Shown here: positions 13,861 to 28,027 of the stretch, one piece after another
How positions within the stretch are numbered: the stretch's first letter is position 1
How the letters are laid out: the number at the start of each line of letters is the position of its first letter
Assembly (NCBI RefSeq): GCF_001194135.2
Contig: NC_068994.1
Location: 40,159,527-40,223,526 of the forward strand
DNA: 64,000 nucleotides
Direction: 5' to 3'
From: Octopus bimaculoides
Taxonomy: Eukaryota
The notes under the pieces: generated by a model
Database searches by the model: none
The model's input: the letters and a program-made list of their open reading frames with translations, nothing else
What the model was told of the DNA's origin: nothing
Position numbers and translations under genes: made by a program

Positions 13861-15595
13861 AGAGAGACAGAGACAGAAGCAGAGACAGACAGATAGATAG
13901 ACAGACAGATAGATAGATAGATAGAAAGATAGATAGATAGATAGATAGATTACTAGTTTACACACAAAAGTTTATTTGTAATGTTTCATCTTAATCTAAA
14001 TATAAAGGTATTGTTGAAAAATTTACTTGATAGTAATCAGAAAAGTAAAGAAGTTGTAAAGAAAATATAGTTAGAAAGAAAATATTCAGTATAAGGAGAG
14101 AGAAGACAGAGAGAGAGAGAGAAAAGGAGAGTGAAAGTGAGAGAGATTAAGGAGTGGTGTAAAGGAATGAGAAAGAGAAGCAAGGAGAAAGATGTGTGAG
14201 GGTGGAGTAGTTTACTTTGTTGTATGCAAAGATTTTCACAAGCTTAATGAGATAATTTGTAACAAAGAATTCTTCCAAAATTGGATCAACGCCAAGCTTT
14301 CGAAATATATTCACATTACCGCTAAGAATTACGATATATATTGCTTAACTGAAATACAGACAAGGGAAATATTATGCATCTAAAAAGAAGGAAGTAAAAA
14401 CATGAAATATACTCAAAATTAAAACCAAATAAAACAAGATAAACTGATTAACCAAAGGGAGGGGAAATAACAAAATTCAACAAAGGAAAAATTAAAGGGC
14501 TGACTGGAAACAAAAGTAAAGCAAAAGCACGGTATGTAATGGAGATAGAATAGCTACAAAATGCAATCGTGGAAACAAAGGATATATGAGTTAAAGTAAA
14601 AAGCGGTGTAATTTTTAAGCCTCAAATTTTGAAGGTTAGAGTACTAGAGTAAGATTCCTATTCTAATGCAGAGAATTGTAACTAAGATTCCTAGTTCATG
14701 ACAGGAACATCATTGAGCAACTTCAGAAGAATGAGAGGCAAAGTTAACTTAAGTATGATTTGAAATCAGAATGCAGAGAATTGTAACTAAACATCACAAG
14801 GCAATTTTGTGTGAATTTTGTTACGAAGAGGAACTATGAAATCTGTTGGAGATTTTCGATGAAAAAATACTTACGCTTATTGTAAACAAAATGATTTTAC
14901 TGTGTACAGCTAAACACTGAAAGTTTGAAGATTATTATCCTTGGACTGATGTGCTTGTAGAAACAGTCAGAATGTTAACTGGTCCTTGTGCTGCTGTTAC
15001 CGTTCATCCGTTGTGGCTAGCTGCTGGTTGTACTACTGCCTTCTGATGTTTCTCGCTTGCTGTCTGTTCATTGCTTTCATGTTGCTTCAGTGCTTGGGTC
15101 AGTTACTGTCCACCATTTTTTGTCAGTGGGGTCAGTTGTACTGAATATATAGTGGTGGTTTGGCTCAGACAAAGACACACTAAAGATAAAATTGTTGTTG
15201 GTGCTGATTCCACGCAAGGTCTTGATTGGTCGAATTTTTTTATGATGCACGCAATATTCTAATGAATCATGACCTTGGATATAGTGATCTGATTGCAAAA
15301 TTTTCCTGCTGCAAGCTCTATGCCAACAGGATCGACAAAAATATAATGCAACTTAACCAATTAGTGGTGAGAGGAGGAGAAAGAGATACTGAAGGTGGGA
15401 AAAATCAAATACATCTTAAGGTAAGAAGTGCCTAGAGGAAAACATAAAATTTTTTTTTTTGATTTTGACTGTAGGGAAAAATGATAACTACAATGAAAGT
15501 ATGTGTGTGCATTTATGAAATGATACCACACTGCAAAATATACATACCTACATACATGCATACATATATATATATGCATAAATATATGTACCAAA

Positions 15596-15638
<43 letters not shown>

Positions 15639-15657
15639 CACACAGTTGCATATATAC

Positions 15658-15703
<46 letters not shown>

Positions 15704-15789
15704 TTGCATATACATGTAAGCATATATATTGTATTCACACATGTATATGCACACACACATACACACTTGCATGCACATGCACACACACA

Positions 15790-15790
15790 C

Positions 15791-15849
<59 letters not shown>

Positions 15850-15975
15850 GAGATAGATAGATAGATAGATAGAGAGATAGAGAGATAGAGAGATAGATAG
15901 ATAGATAGAGAGATAGATAGATAGAGATAGATAGATAGATAGATAGATAGTTAGATAGATAGATAGATTGATTGA
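15790..15975. repeat. (GATA)n tetranucleotide tract
   Basis: Read directly. Other (GATA)n tracts are at 10790-10880 and 13890-13950; dozens of (TA)n/(CA)n tracts occur throughout. Confidence 0.95.
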
Positions 15976-16502
15976 TTGAGGAAGAGAGGTGGGAAAAGAC
16001 AGAGGAGACTCAGTATAGACAAACGGTTAAAAAGTTCACTTCACAACCACAAGGTTCCAGCTTGAAGACCACTGCATGTTATCTTAGGCAAATAGAATTT
16101 TTTTTGCAGCTTCAAGAGTTAACTCATACCTTGTGAGTGAAATTGGGTAGGTAGAAACTATATAGAAGCCTGTCGTGCGGTACTTATAATTAAAAAAATA
16201 CAGCCATGTCACACACTCCAACATGATGATTCTGCTTCAGAATTATCCTAAGAGCATATGTGCCTGAAGAATGGTCAACCGCTTACACATTGATTCAGGA
16301 GCAGGTAATTCAGTTGGTGACAGGGTGGGTATTTGGCCATGAAAAAAACTTGACCGCGACAGATTCTATCCGCTCCATGCAAGTATGAAAAAGTGAACGT
16401 TAAAACAATGGTGATGATGATGATGTATGTGTGTGCCTACAGCCATTTGAGTTTGAAAGAGGTTACCCTGCAGCTGTGTTTGTGTGTGTGTGTGTGTGTG
16501 TG

Positions 16503-16567
<65 letters not shown>

Positions 16568-18499
16568 CACACACACGTATACATATATAGATATACATAT
16601 ATGTATATATATATACATATATATATATACACACACATATATATATGTGTGTGTGTGTGTGTGTGTATAAATCTATATCTGTCAAACCAATCAACTTGTA
16701 CCACTACTATGCTCCGAGCAATACTGAAAGTAAAATCATGTAAAAGTAATTATATCGATAATAGATAAGAAGATTTTTTTTTGTTTGTTTTTTTTTCCTA
16801 TTTTCGTTATTGTTTCAGAGATATTAATAAAGAGACAGCAGGCAACAGCAGTTGGCATATTTACTCATCAATTTAACAAAGCAGATGATGAATAAGGTTC
16901 CATAAAACAAAATTCCAAAACCTTGGTGTACACAATCCATTATTAAATACTGCAATGGCAATGAACTTGACAGGGGAAATGAGATGCTATTAAAACTAAT
17001 AAATGAAGCTACAGAAAGCCCAAATAATAAAACATATTCAAAATAAAGTATGCATTAATAATAATCTGTGAGGTTTTATGACATGATATCGAAGTAGCAA
17101 CAGAAGGTTCTTAGGGTCAAAACAAAATCAGGACAAATAATAAAATACTTACCAAACAAATATTTATACAGCTATTTTATCCCAAATCATACATGATTTT
17201 ATGTTCATTTGCTATGCTAGACTGCGATAGATATATGACTACAAAATTGCTTCTCTCAGCCTGTTCTCATATGCATGGCAATTCTAAGAGTTAGACTAAT
17301 GTTACCTATTCTATTTTGTGTCTTCTTATTTATTCTGTCTCTTTCTTTCTCTCTCTCTCTCTACTCACCTTTCAGCCTGTCTTTCTCTTGCTCTCTATTA
17401 TGTGTTATCATTCTCATATTTCCATCTATTTCTCTTAATTATAGCCATACAACTTGCAGAAGTCATAACTTGCTAAGCCATTAATATGCTGGCTTGCCAG
17501 GATTTGTGTCAAAGATCAAGCATTGTGTTTATATGTCCATAACAAAGACCCTCTAACTGTCTCAATCATATTTTGCAAAGTTGTAAATAGGTATTATAGG
17601 GAGACAGTATACTACTATAAACAGCAGGGGTAATTTAACTAATAAGTTGCATTCCATATGCATGTGGAACAGAGTACACATATAACTACAGCCTACAAGA
17701 AACAGAACAGAAACTGTCCCTTATATCATTATCAAAAGACATGCCCAAAATAGCTGTTTGACATTTCCTCTGAAGGTTTTTGAACAAGAAGCACAATAGT
17801 TGCTTCACAACCATAAGCCATCTGCTGCAAAGTAAAGGTAAAGAGATAAAGTTACCTTCTCAAGTTGCGTCAATTCATAAGGGCTGGTTTCCCAGTTTCC
17901 ATGGCGTAAATATTTCCCACGTGGATAGGACTCTGGTTAGTCACAGAATTACTCATTTTTGCCAGCTGAGTGAACTGGAGCAACGTGAAATGAAGTGTTT
18001 TGCTCAAGAATAAAACACGTTGACCAGTCCAAGAATCAAAACCACAACGTTACAATCATGTGTCCAATACCTTAACCACTAGGCCACATGCCTCCACCTC
18101 AGCTGCAAGACATCTTCTACAATAGCCCCAAGCACTAACGTAACTAGAGTGTGTTCCACCTGGGGCATCCCTTCCATTTGTCGCCCCTCCAGACCCAACA
18201 AAAGACACATATTGCCTACAGCAAACCCAAAAGTGTTGCCCCTTTAAAAGTGTTGCCACGGGCAGACCACCTCTACTGCCACCCCTAGCTACTCTAGTGG
18301 CCCCAAGATGACCACTGTCTTGTAAGTGAGTCTGAAAGATGAAAACTGTGGAGGCTTGGCATATATAAGTGCATATGTGTTTCTACATGTGTATTTGTGT
18401 TTGTGTCCCTACCAGTACACATCAGCTATAGTTGGCAAGTTCCAGTAACTTAGCAGTTTGGCAGAGGAAAGTAAGAGAATAAGTACAGACCCAAATTAG

Positions 18500-19190
18500 C
18501 CTAAGCAGCAAACAAGGAGGTCCAATTTTCCTGTTGGTAGCACTTAAAATGGACACATTTAGAGAAAACTTCTTTACAACTATTCAACAGGCCGGGTTTA
18601 GCATAGTCCTTAAGAACTTTGGTTCGCTCCGCAATGCAGATTTTGCAACGGCCACTCCCATTAATATATGGGCCTGGATAATTTATTATTTTCCACCTGA
18701 TATTACATGGGGTCCCTTGATCTTTGAGGTGCCACACATGGCTGACCAGGAAGGCGGCGAGCTGGCAGAAACGTTAGCATGCCGAGCGAAATGCTTAGTG
18801 GTATTTCGTCTGCCGCTACGTTCTGAGTTCAAATTCCACTGAGGTCGACTTCGCCTTTCATCCTTTCGGGGTCGATTAAATAAGTACCAGTTACGCACTG
18901 GGGTCGATATAATCGACTTAATCTGTTTGTCTGTCCTTGTTTGTCCCCTCTGTGTGTAGCCCTTTGTGGGTAATAAAGAAATAACACATGGTTGACCAGG
19001 GACATGACAGAATGACTTTCTGGGATTCTGAAGGATGGCTGGTGGTTGAAGAAGCAACATTTGAAATATGTACTGGCTGATCTGATATATCTACAAACTT
19101 AGGATGTGGTCATATTTGCACTCCTGACATATATCTAGTAGTTATCTGGCCATCGATGGCGGCGTGGGTTTCCACCCTGGCATCTGAAAC
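18500..19190 (-). mobile_element. Penelope-like GIY-YIG endonuclease fragment interrupted by a SINE
   Basis: YIRSASTYFK...NHQPSFR...LVNHV, then after the SINE WHLKDQG...IRWKII...PYINGSGRCKICIAERTKVL...LLNSCKEVFSKCVH. Confidence 0.8.
18751..18983 (+). mobile_element. tRNA-derived SINE (GGCGAGCTGGCAGAA family) with 17-bp TSD
   Basis: B-box-like GAGTTCAAATTCC and conserved core GCCTTTCATCCTTTCGGGGTCGAT. It is flanked by ACACATGGCTGACCAGG (18734-18750) and ACACATGGTTGACCAGG (18984-19000). Confidence 0.9.
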
Positions 19191-22100
19191 TCTGAGTTTT
19201 ATCATGGCTACCGAATAATTGTCACATATTATTTACAGATAAATTCCTCTATTTACATAATATTGAGGTCTTTTTCTTTCTCTTGTTGTCTTACCTTGTT
19301 GTCTTTTGGCAAAATACAACAATGTGTGTGTGTGTGTGTGTGTGGTGATTTAATGCACCTGTCTCTCTAACACGGAACACTCTTTAGTCTTTTCTTTCAG
19401 AACTACAGCTCAGAGGAACACTTTCTCAAGCAATTCTGTCCCAACAGACACTTACATACAAAAGTTAAAGACAAAGATCAAGGATTCTGATCACACTTTT
19501 CTAAAAGGGCCTACAATTTCCAGAAAGCTACTTCTTTTTCTCTGACTGAAGATTAGATTTAAACAAGTACATATTTGTTTTATGTATTGGGATAATAGTT
19601 CCCAGCCCTGTTCAGTAGTCTGTACATATCTAAGCAACATAAAATTTCATTTGAATAAGTAGTAGAATTCATGAAGGATAAGTGTAATGCTAAAGATTAT
19701 CTTTTGTGTTAGACTTAAAATGAGAAAATATCAACATCTATCTGGATTTACCTAATTAAATAACTTGATTTATTCAAAAGGATATAAACGAACTATTTAC
19801 AGTAACAATGCTGTAATAGAATGGCTGAAGCCAACAAAGAATAGTAATTAAGCATTAGATATATGGCCAGCTGTCAGTAATTTGTAGTTATTGCTGCAAA
19901 TTTTAAGCTTGTATTTGCAAAAGCTTAGGTCTCTTTGTCAGGTAACCAATCAGAAATGGAAAGTTATGCCTAACTCCAAGTGAGATTAAATAGATTAACT
20001 ACAATCCCACTGCAACTAGCAAGGAAAAAGATAATTATGAAATACAAGCAACTTCTAAAACAGACTCTGATACAGTGTAATATCAAATTTGCATTATAAA
20101 TATTTTACGTTACTCAATCATTTGGGGGATGTATCAACAAGTAATTTAAAATATATATTATAGAACAAATATTAAAAAAAAATTATAGCATCTTATTATA
20201 AAATCTAACATACATATCTAAGTATATGTGACACTTCAATAATGAATTTGTCAGCATTAAAATGTTTTGGAAATCTGTATTTCATATTTCTAAAGCAATG
20301 GTACTATGGCAGAATAAAACTTTGAATTGCATTAACTAGAATACAAAGATAAATATTTTCTTTTTCTGTTTTAAATAAATTCATTGGAAACAAAACAATA
20401 TATTTTGCTAAATAACAATTGTTTCTCTTGTCAGCTTCTTTTATTTGTTAGAATTTATAAGGAGGTATAATTTAAAGATGTTGAAATATTATTGTTGTTC
20501 AGTATGTTATTTAGTATGTCATTTTGACACCTCACCTCAAGAATTACATCTATGCAATTTATAAATCCTGAAACTAACTTTATTGTGAGCTATTGTTTCT
20601 AAATTATAGTTATATATATATAATTTCAATTGGCTGTGTTAGACTCATATACTATCATACTGTCTTACTTGTATTCATTGTTTGTAATTTAGACAGGTTT
20701 TTTTTTGAGATTTTACAAACTGAAATTACTCAGAACATATACTTAACAAAACTAAGAAATATTTAAAACTTAACTTCGAATTTTTGTTCAGACAAGTTAG
20801 CAAATAAAAGAAAGGAAAATTTCCAGAATGAATTCACTGTCAGCAATTACTCTAAAATCTTAAAGAATCTCTCTTGAAAAAGAGAATTTTAAAAAATGTA
20901 GAATGTTTTATCACAATTTTTGAAAGGGAATAAATACAAAACATTCATGCATATGATTGAAAGAATCGCAGATAAAAAAGAAAAAAATACTTTAGTGAAT
21001 ATCATATATTTAACCAAAGCCATCTTCAGAATGAAAATATATTACTTGTTCAATAAAAAGCAGTTAGAGAGAGAAAACTGATATCAACAGTGATAATATT
21101 CAGATTCCAATCAAATGTAGAACAATTAAATCATTTAATTTTGATTGATTTAAATGTCTGTGGTTTTAATGATACTAGCATTAATAAGACAGTTCTGAAA
21201 AGTGGTATCTGTTCGTTAAATGATATATTTCCCTGTTAAGTAATTTCCTTTGTAAAACTCAAAATCAACTCTAGTCACTTCTAATTAAATAATTAAATAA
21301 TTGCATACATAGAATGTAAGTGGATCATTGATATGTTGTTGCATTCTGATTAATAGAAATGATAGTTCTTTTCTATTCTTTCTCAAGTAATGCAATACTA
21401 CAAATGTAGCTGTTGCTCATTCTACCAAAGTAAATTGTGCTCTATTTGCTGACTGAGTATATGGTAAATATTATCATTAATATTTAGTTTACTTTATGAC
21501 AGAGCTCACTGAATTCTCTAATTTTACATACATTTCTATATATTTCACATATGAACTTACTTCATAGATTTCATCAACCAAATGTTTAAGGTCAAGGCTG
21601 AGCATTTTTTGCTATCTAGGACATTATCAAAGGCTTTTAAAACTGATACAGAAATAAGTACTTAAATTTATTTCAAATAGAATTTAATTTGCACATTGCA
21701 AACAGTATTCTTAGAATATAAAGATTTCGTATTATTGACACTGAATTAAAACTGAGGAATAAATCCTCAAAAATGACTGAGATTAAAAGACTACGTATTA
21801 CAGGATTGAAAACAATATCAAGATGAGTATTGCCAGAATCAATATAAGACTTTCCAAGCCTTCTCAAAACATAAGCCATCAGTTCTTCATATGTTTTTTT
21901 TTTTCAAATCCAATTTATATATTCTCCAAAATGTGTTTGAGTTCATGAAATAGTTTCACTCATAAATTCCAACTAAAATACCTTACAGAGGACTGATTGA
22001 CTGACTTATCAAATTATCAGATCTAAACACCACTCACGTATCAATCAAAATTCTGCAAATTATATCAATCTAGATCACCTCTATGTTTTTGTTCTCTCTT

Positions 22101-23170
22101 TTCAGCACTGGGCTTCTTTTAATTTGGTGCAAATTCTTCACATAGCCTTACTTTGCACAGTCTTAATTAAATTATCTCATAATATGTCATACTATTCTAT
22201 ACATCTTAGGCTTATATTCATCGTTGTCATCATCATCATCACCATTTAATACCCATGTTCCATACCAACATGGGTTGGACAATCTTATAGGATCTGATGG
22301 GTCCAAGGACTGCTCCGTGCAGCGGTGTCTGTTTTGGCATGACTTCAGTGGCTTGACACCCTTCAAAATGCCAGCTACCTTACAATGTGCATTGGGTGCT
22401 TTTCTCATGGAAAGCAATTCTCTATTTTCTCTTTGATAAAAGCATCTGCCGAATAAAACATGACCTGTTGTCTTCCTGATGGCATTAAAATTTATTCCAT
22501 TGTTTAAACTACTTGCATTACAATATGCAAACACAGATAACAACTAGATTCTTTGGATTCTATTATTATTATTATATTATTTTGTAAAACCAATAATAGC
22601 AATTCTGATAGAAAATTAACTCTTTACTTATAATGTTCCTGTATACTGAGCACAGATACTTCTTTGGTTAGCAGTCTGAGTCATGTTCTTTTTAAGATTT
22701 CAATATTCCAGCCTAATGCTTTTACACATTTCATTGTTTCAAAACTGCATCTATATTAAGAACCAAACTGTCTGCATGCAGATATTTCTGTAGACATCAA
22801 GTTTCAAATATATTTTGGAATACTGAAAATTCCAAAATGTGCTTGTAGCAAGTTGAAGAATGAGAATATAACCACAGGAAACAGTTATTTCATACAATAA
22901 CGTCTTCAAAATTTTTTAGCCTGAATTGTTAGAACATTTTAAACACACCAAAACACAAAATACAATATATATTTATTTTTTTTTACCCGTTTCAGTCATT
23001 AGACTAAGGCCATGCTGGGGCACCACCTTGAAGAATTTTTAGTTGAATGAATCGACCTCAGTACTTATTTTTTTAAAGCCTTGTACTTATTCTATCAATC
23101 TCTTTTGCCAAACCACTAAGTTACGAGGATGTAAACACACCAGCACCAGTAGGTGGGGAGACAAGCACAA

Positions 23171-23214
<44 letters not shown>

Positions 23215-23829
23215 GACAGGCTTCTTTCAGTTTCCGTCTACCAAATCGACTCATAAGGCTCTGGTTGGCTCAGCTGTGGCCATGCTGGGGGTACTACCTT
23301 GAAAGGTTTTGTTGAAGAAACCAACCACGAGTATTTAATTTTTCAAGTCTGGTACTTGAAAAATAAATGCTTGCTGAACCACTAAATTACAGAGATGTAA
23401 ACAAACCAACACCAGTTGTCAATCAGTTGCGAGGGACAAACACAAAGACACACACACATATATATACGTGTACATAATGGACTTCCATACAGTTTCTATT
23501 TACCAAATTCACTCACAAGGCACTGGTCAGTCAACTGCTATAGTAGAAGACTAGCCCAAGCTGCTGTGTAGTGAAACTGAACCTGTAACCATATGGTTGC
23601 AAAACAGGCTTGTTAACCACACAGCCATTCCTGTGCCCATTATACACTATCATAAAAGAATATATAAGGGCAGTAGACTAGCAGAATCATTGGAAAAATT
23701 GCTGTACAGCATATCCCTCAGTGTCATTAAAATTGAATAATATTCCAGTCTAGAACTGTGGTAGATATAATCAATTAAACACCCACTTGTTGCAATATTT
23801 TGACCTTATATCTATATTCAAAAGAGTAA

Positions 23830-24158
23830 AGACCCCCTTCAATCATGAATGACCATAGTATTGCACCTAGAAAGTTACCCTCCAAGGCACAAGTCCGGGC
23901 AAGGTTGTTTATAGAAGACCAGCAGTCGCCAATGCATACCAGTCTCTCCTCCCCACATGACTGATATTGTCCAAGGGAAAGGCAAAGGCCAATACAGCTT
24001 TGCATCTGTAATGTCACAACTCATTTCTACAGCTGAGTGAACTGGAGTAATGTAAAATAAAGTGTCTTGCTCAAGAAAACAACACGCATCCCGGTAAGGA
24101 ATTGAACTCACTACTTCATGATCGTGAGCCTGATGTTCTAACCACTGAGCCATGCACC
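23830..24158 (-). mobile_element. tRNA-derived SINE (second family), reverse copy
   Basis: Reverse complement of the 9411-9745 body and head. Confidence 0.85.
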
Positions 24159-24222
24159 TTTACATATCTCTTTGGGACAATAATAAAAAAATGTATAACC
24201 TGTTTTCATGGAAAAAATTATG

Positions 24223-24253
<31 letters not shown>

Positions 24254-26423
24254 CCTGCTTGATCTTTAAGGTGTTGTTTGTCTTCCTTATTACAGTCAAG
24301 TTTACTATTACATGGAATCGTAGAAACACCACAATAGCGATAAGGAAATAAAACAGCTGAGTCCCTCTCTTTCCATTGACTGGCATCATTTGACTCCTGT
24401 GTGGATATCAGAAAGAAAGAGAAACATAAAACCTTATCATATCAAACAAATAAAAGAGTAAATCACAAGGGAGGTAATATTATACCAAGCTTTTGATTAA
24501 GATAAATAATTAATAAAAGATATCAACTTAATTCTATTAGAGTTTGCTTTTTTGAAGGAGAATGGGGTCAGCACAATAACAGCAATAAGTCATATTCTAT
24601 TTTATATTTGATGACTAAGAGTTAAAGAATGGGAAAAATTGGTCTAAAGGTAATTTGTTTAGTGTTGGTTATTTTATATTAAATCGCATTTCATGGCTAA
24701 TTGTGTCATTTGTTGTAGGTTTCTAATTAGACAAGCACTGGTTTATATGATTTCTGATTGCAAAATTAATAAGTGATTATATGTTGTACTACGTTGGGTA
24801 GAAAGAATACTACAAGATATTTGTTCTGCCCTATGTTCAAAAGCTCCAGTTTATTGATTTTTCTGGCTAATATAGACATCTTTTTTCAGGCAGCAAACTA
24901 GCAAAATCATAAACACACTATCAAAATGTTTAGTGGCATTTCATCTGTCTTTATGTTTTGAGTTCAAATTCTCCCAAGGTCGACTTTACCTTTCATCCTT
25001 TCCCAGTACACAACTGTGTACTGGGATCCCTCCCCCAAAATTTCAGGCCTTGTGCCTAGAGTAGAAAAGAATCATTAGCAAACTGGACAAAATGCTTAGC
25101 TGTATTTCATCAGTCGCTATGTTCTGAGTTCAAATTCTACAGAGGTTGGCTTTGTCTTTCATCCTTTTGGGGTTAATAAAATAAGTGCCAGTTGAGCACT
25201 GGAATCAGTGTAATCAACTAGCACCCACCCCTAAAATTGCTGACCTTGAGCCAAAATTTGAAACCAGTCTTTTGCTATGATACTTCAGCAGAAGATATAA
25301 CATACATATATACATACATACATGCATCAATTCAACACGTGAAACCATTCATCCAGGCACATTTTGTTACTCACTCCCTTCTTTTCCCCCTCTCTCCAAG
25401 TTTTCTTTAGTCGTTTCTTTCTGTAGAAAAGTGTAGGCTCGAAACATCAAAGACGTTTCCATTTTCCTTGAGTGTCAAACTAGTACTCTTTGTTTGTTGT
25501 TTCCCAGATGGTTAACATACACAGCCTTGGAAAGGAGTACGCAGCCACATGTTTCACACCTCCAACATTTTGAACATGAAAGCCTAAAGTACTAGCTTCA
25601 GAGGGACTGTCATCAGGCCCTCAATGAGATCATAAATATAAATACATACAGACAGACAGACAAACATGCATATATATGCAGACAAACAGAAAGATATGCA
25701 TATACACATGCAGACATGCATACTGAACTATGCAATAAGTAGCTGCGATATAAGATTAAACAGTTATATGTAGAGAAACAAAGCTATGTAAATGTGTAAA
25801 TGAAAATTCATTTGTACAATGGAATAAAGAACTTAAATCTTGTACTGTTACTGTATATTTGAGTTTATTACATCCACTACCCACTCACACATGTCTGTAT
25901 ACACACACATGCACACACACACACACACATGCACACACACACACACATGCACACACACACACACACATGCACATGCATGCACAAGCACATGCACACACAC
26001 GCACGTGAACACATTCACACACACAAACACATATGACACGTCATCCTGTCCAAGAAGCACACTGCTAGAATGGCCTTGATCGGAGGTTCACTCAATAACG
26101 GCTGGTCTGGGGGCTAAACAGCGACATCAGTATCATCGACAACATCACCATAAACCAACAAGTTAATATCTATTTCATTGCTTGAATTTGCTAAAAATAA
26201 CAGCCAAATTTCTTTTCAAATCACAATACATACATACATGTGTGTGTGTGTGCGTGTATATATATATATATATATATATACATATGTATCATCATCATCA
26301 TCTTCGTTTAACGTCCACTTTCCATGCTAGCATGGGTTGGACGATTTGACTGAGTACTGGTGAAACCAGATGGCTACACCAGGCTCGTGTAGCTTGGTGT
26401 ATATATATATANNNNNNNNNNTG

Positions 26424-26465
<42 letters not shown>

Positions 26466-26497
26466 GTGTGTATGTATATATATCTATATATATATCC

Positions 26498-26528
<31 letters not shown>

Positions 26529-27848
26529 TATATGTGTATATATATATACATACATACATATACACATAGTAAAATATATGTATGTGTCTGTGTATGCATG
26601 TATGGGCGAATATGTAGTCTGTGATAAAGCATCTGCATAAACAGGAGGATCACAGCTAGAATGTTTTTGATCATAGATTTTCTAGACCATTGCTAAATAA
26701 CAATAATATCTCTCAGAACTATTTTGATGTAATGTAAAATTTATCTAGGCTATCCATCTGTCTTATATTCCTAAAAGATCCTAACTGATGGCAAATATAG
26801 ATTAAACTGTTTTGGCGATAATTGTTGGCCTGAAATAGAAAGTTTTCACATAATCTCGTAAATCCTTTGGAAGTTGTTTCGAAGCAATAATGTAGGACAG
26901 CTGCCTAAAATAATTTTAAATAATTTGGGACCAAGCTCAGTATGATACATAATGAAACCAAAGAGTTAAACAGATTAGAGTAGGCGGTTACCAGAAATTT
27001 AAATGAATTAGTGTCATTAAGTCTGGAATGATAAATGCTATAAAAGAATGACTAAGATGATACACTGAGATTTGTAAAAATCACCCATTTGTTTTTGTGA
27101 AATGTCTAGAATGTTCTAAATTGAAAGTATCGCATCTTTCCAACTAAAAAAAAAGGGAAAAATGTGATGATTTAAAGAAAGGTATATTTCTAGAACAGTG
27201 TTTCCCAACTGGAGTTTCACAAAATGTTGCTAGGGATTCCGAGGGAAAATAGTGATGAATATTTTTGAGGATTTTTTTTGTATTTAATTTCATATTTGTT
27301 ATTTTATTATGCAAATATGTAGGCACAGGCATAGCTGTGTAGTTAAGAAAATTCATTTCCTATACAAGTGTTTCTTTTTTACTACAGGCCTACTTTGACC
27401 AATGCTTTATGAGTGAATCTGAGAGGCAGACAGAGAAGCCCTTGTGAGTAGATTTAAAGACAAGTCTGTGTGTGTGTGTGTGCATGCGTGAACACATGCG
27501 TGTGCATACATGCATGCACATGTGTGTGCTTATATTAATATGTGTGTGTGTGTTTGAGTGTGTGTATACTTCTGTATCCATGTCCTGATATCACATGACT
27601 GTTGTAAATTAATGTCGTTCATTTCCAATATTCTGCAAAAACATGTCTGGGGAAATATTAGTTTGTTTGGAGACATATGTGGTTAGCATAGATAAAGTTA
27701 GAATTGAGGGAAAAAATATTATAGATGAATATGTTCATAGATCTACCAAGTACAACAAATGTTACACAAAAAATCAAAAGGGAGGTTTTGTAATCTTTGC
27801 ATATTTCTATCTATATTGTATGGATAGAAACATAGCTAACATTTCCTT

Positions 27849-28020
27849 GGGTTAGGTTTCTGGTTTTAGAGTTAAGGTTCGGGTTAGGGTTAGGGTTTTA
27901 GGATTAGGGTTAGGGTTATGATTATTTTTGCCAAATTTGGTGAAAATCTGTTCAATACACCGCCACAAATTTTTCACCAAATTTGGCAAAAATACTCGAA
28001 ACCCTAACCCTAATTCTAAA
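27849..28020. repeat. Palindromic unit: TTAGGG-like array, 22-bp perfect inverted repeat, CCCTAA-like array
   Basis: TTTTTGCCAAATTTGGTGAAAA (27925-27946) and TTTTCACCAAATTTGGCAAAAA (27971-27992), flanked by telomere-like hexamers in opposite orientation. Confidence 0.8.
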
Positions 28021-28027
28021 ACTCGAA

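Noticed and set aside
21673-21879. ORF containing YIDSGNTHL as a DSG-motif tail exon
   Set aside because: It has AT-rich composition and no flanking splice signals; the motif match is too short.
26720-26829. Strong minus-strand acceptor followed by 36 open codons
   Set aside because: There is no donor, the peptide is not informative, and comparable acceptors are common in this AT-rich DNA.
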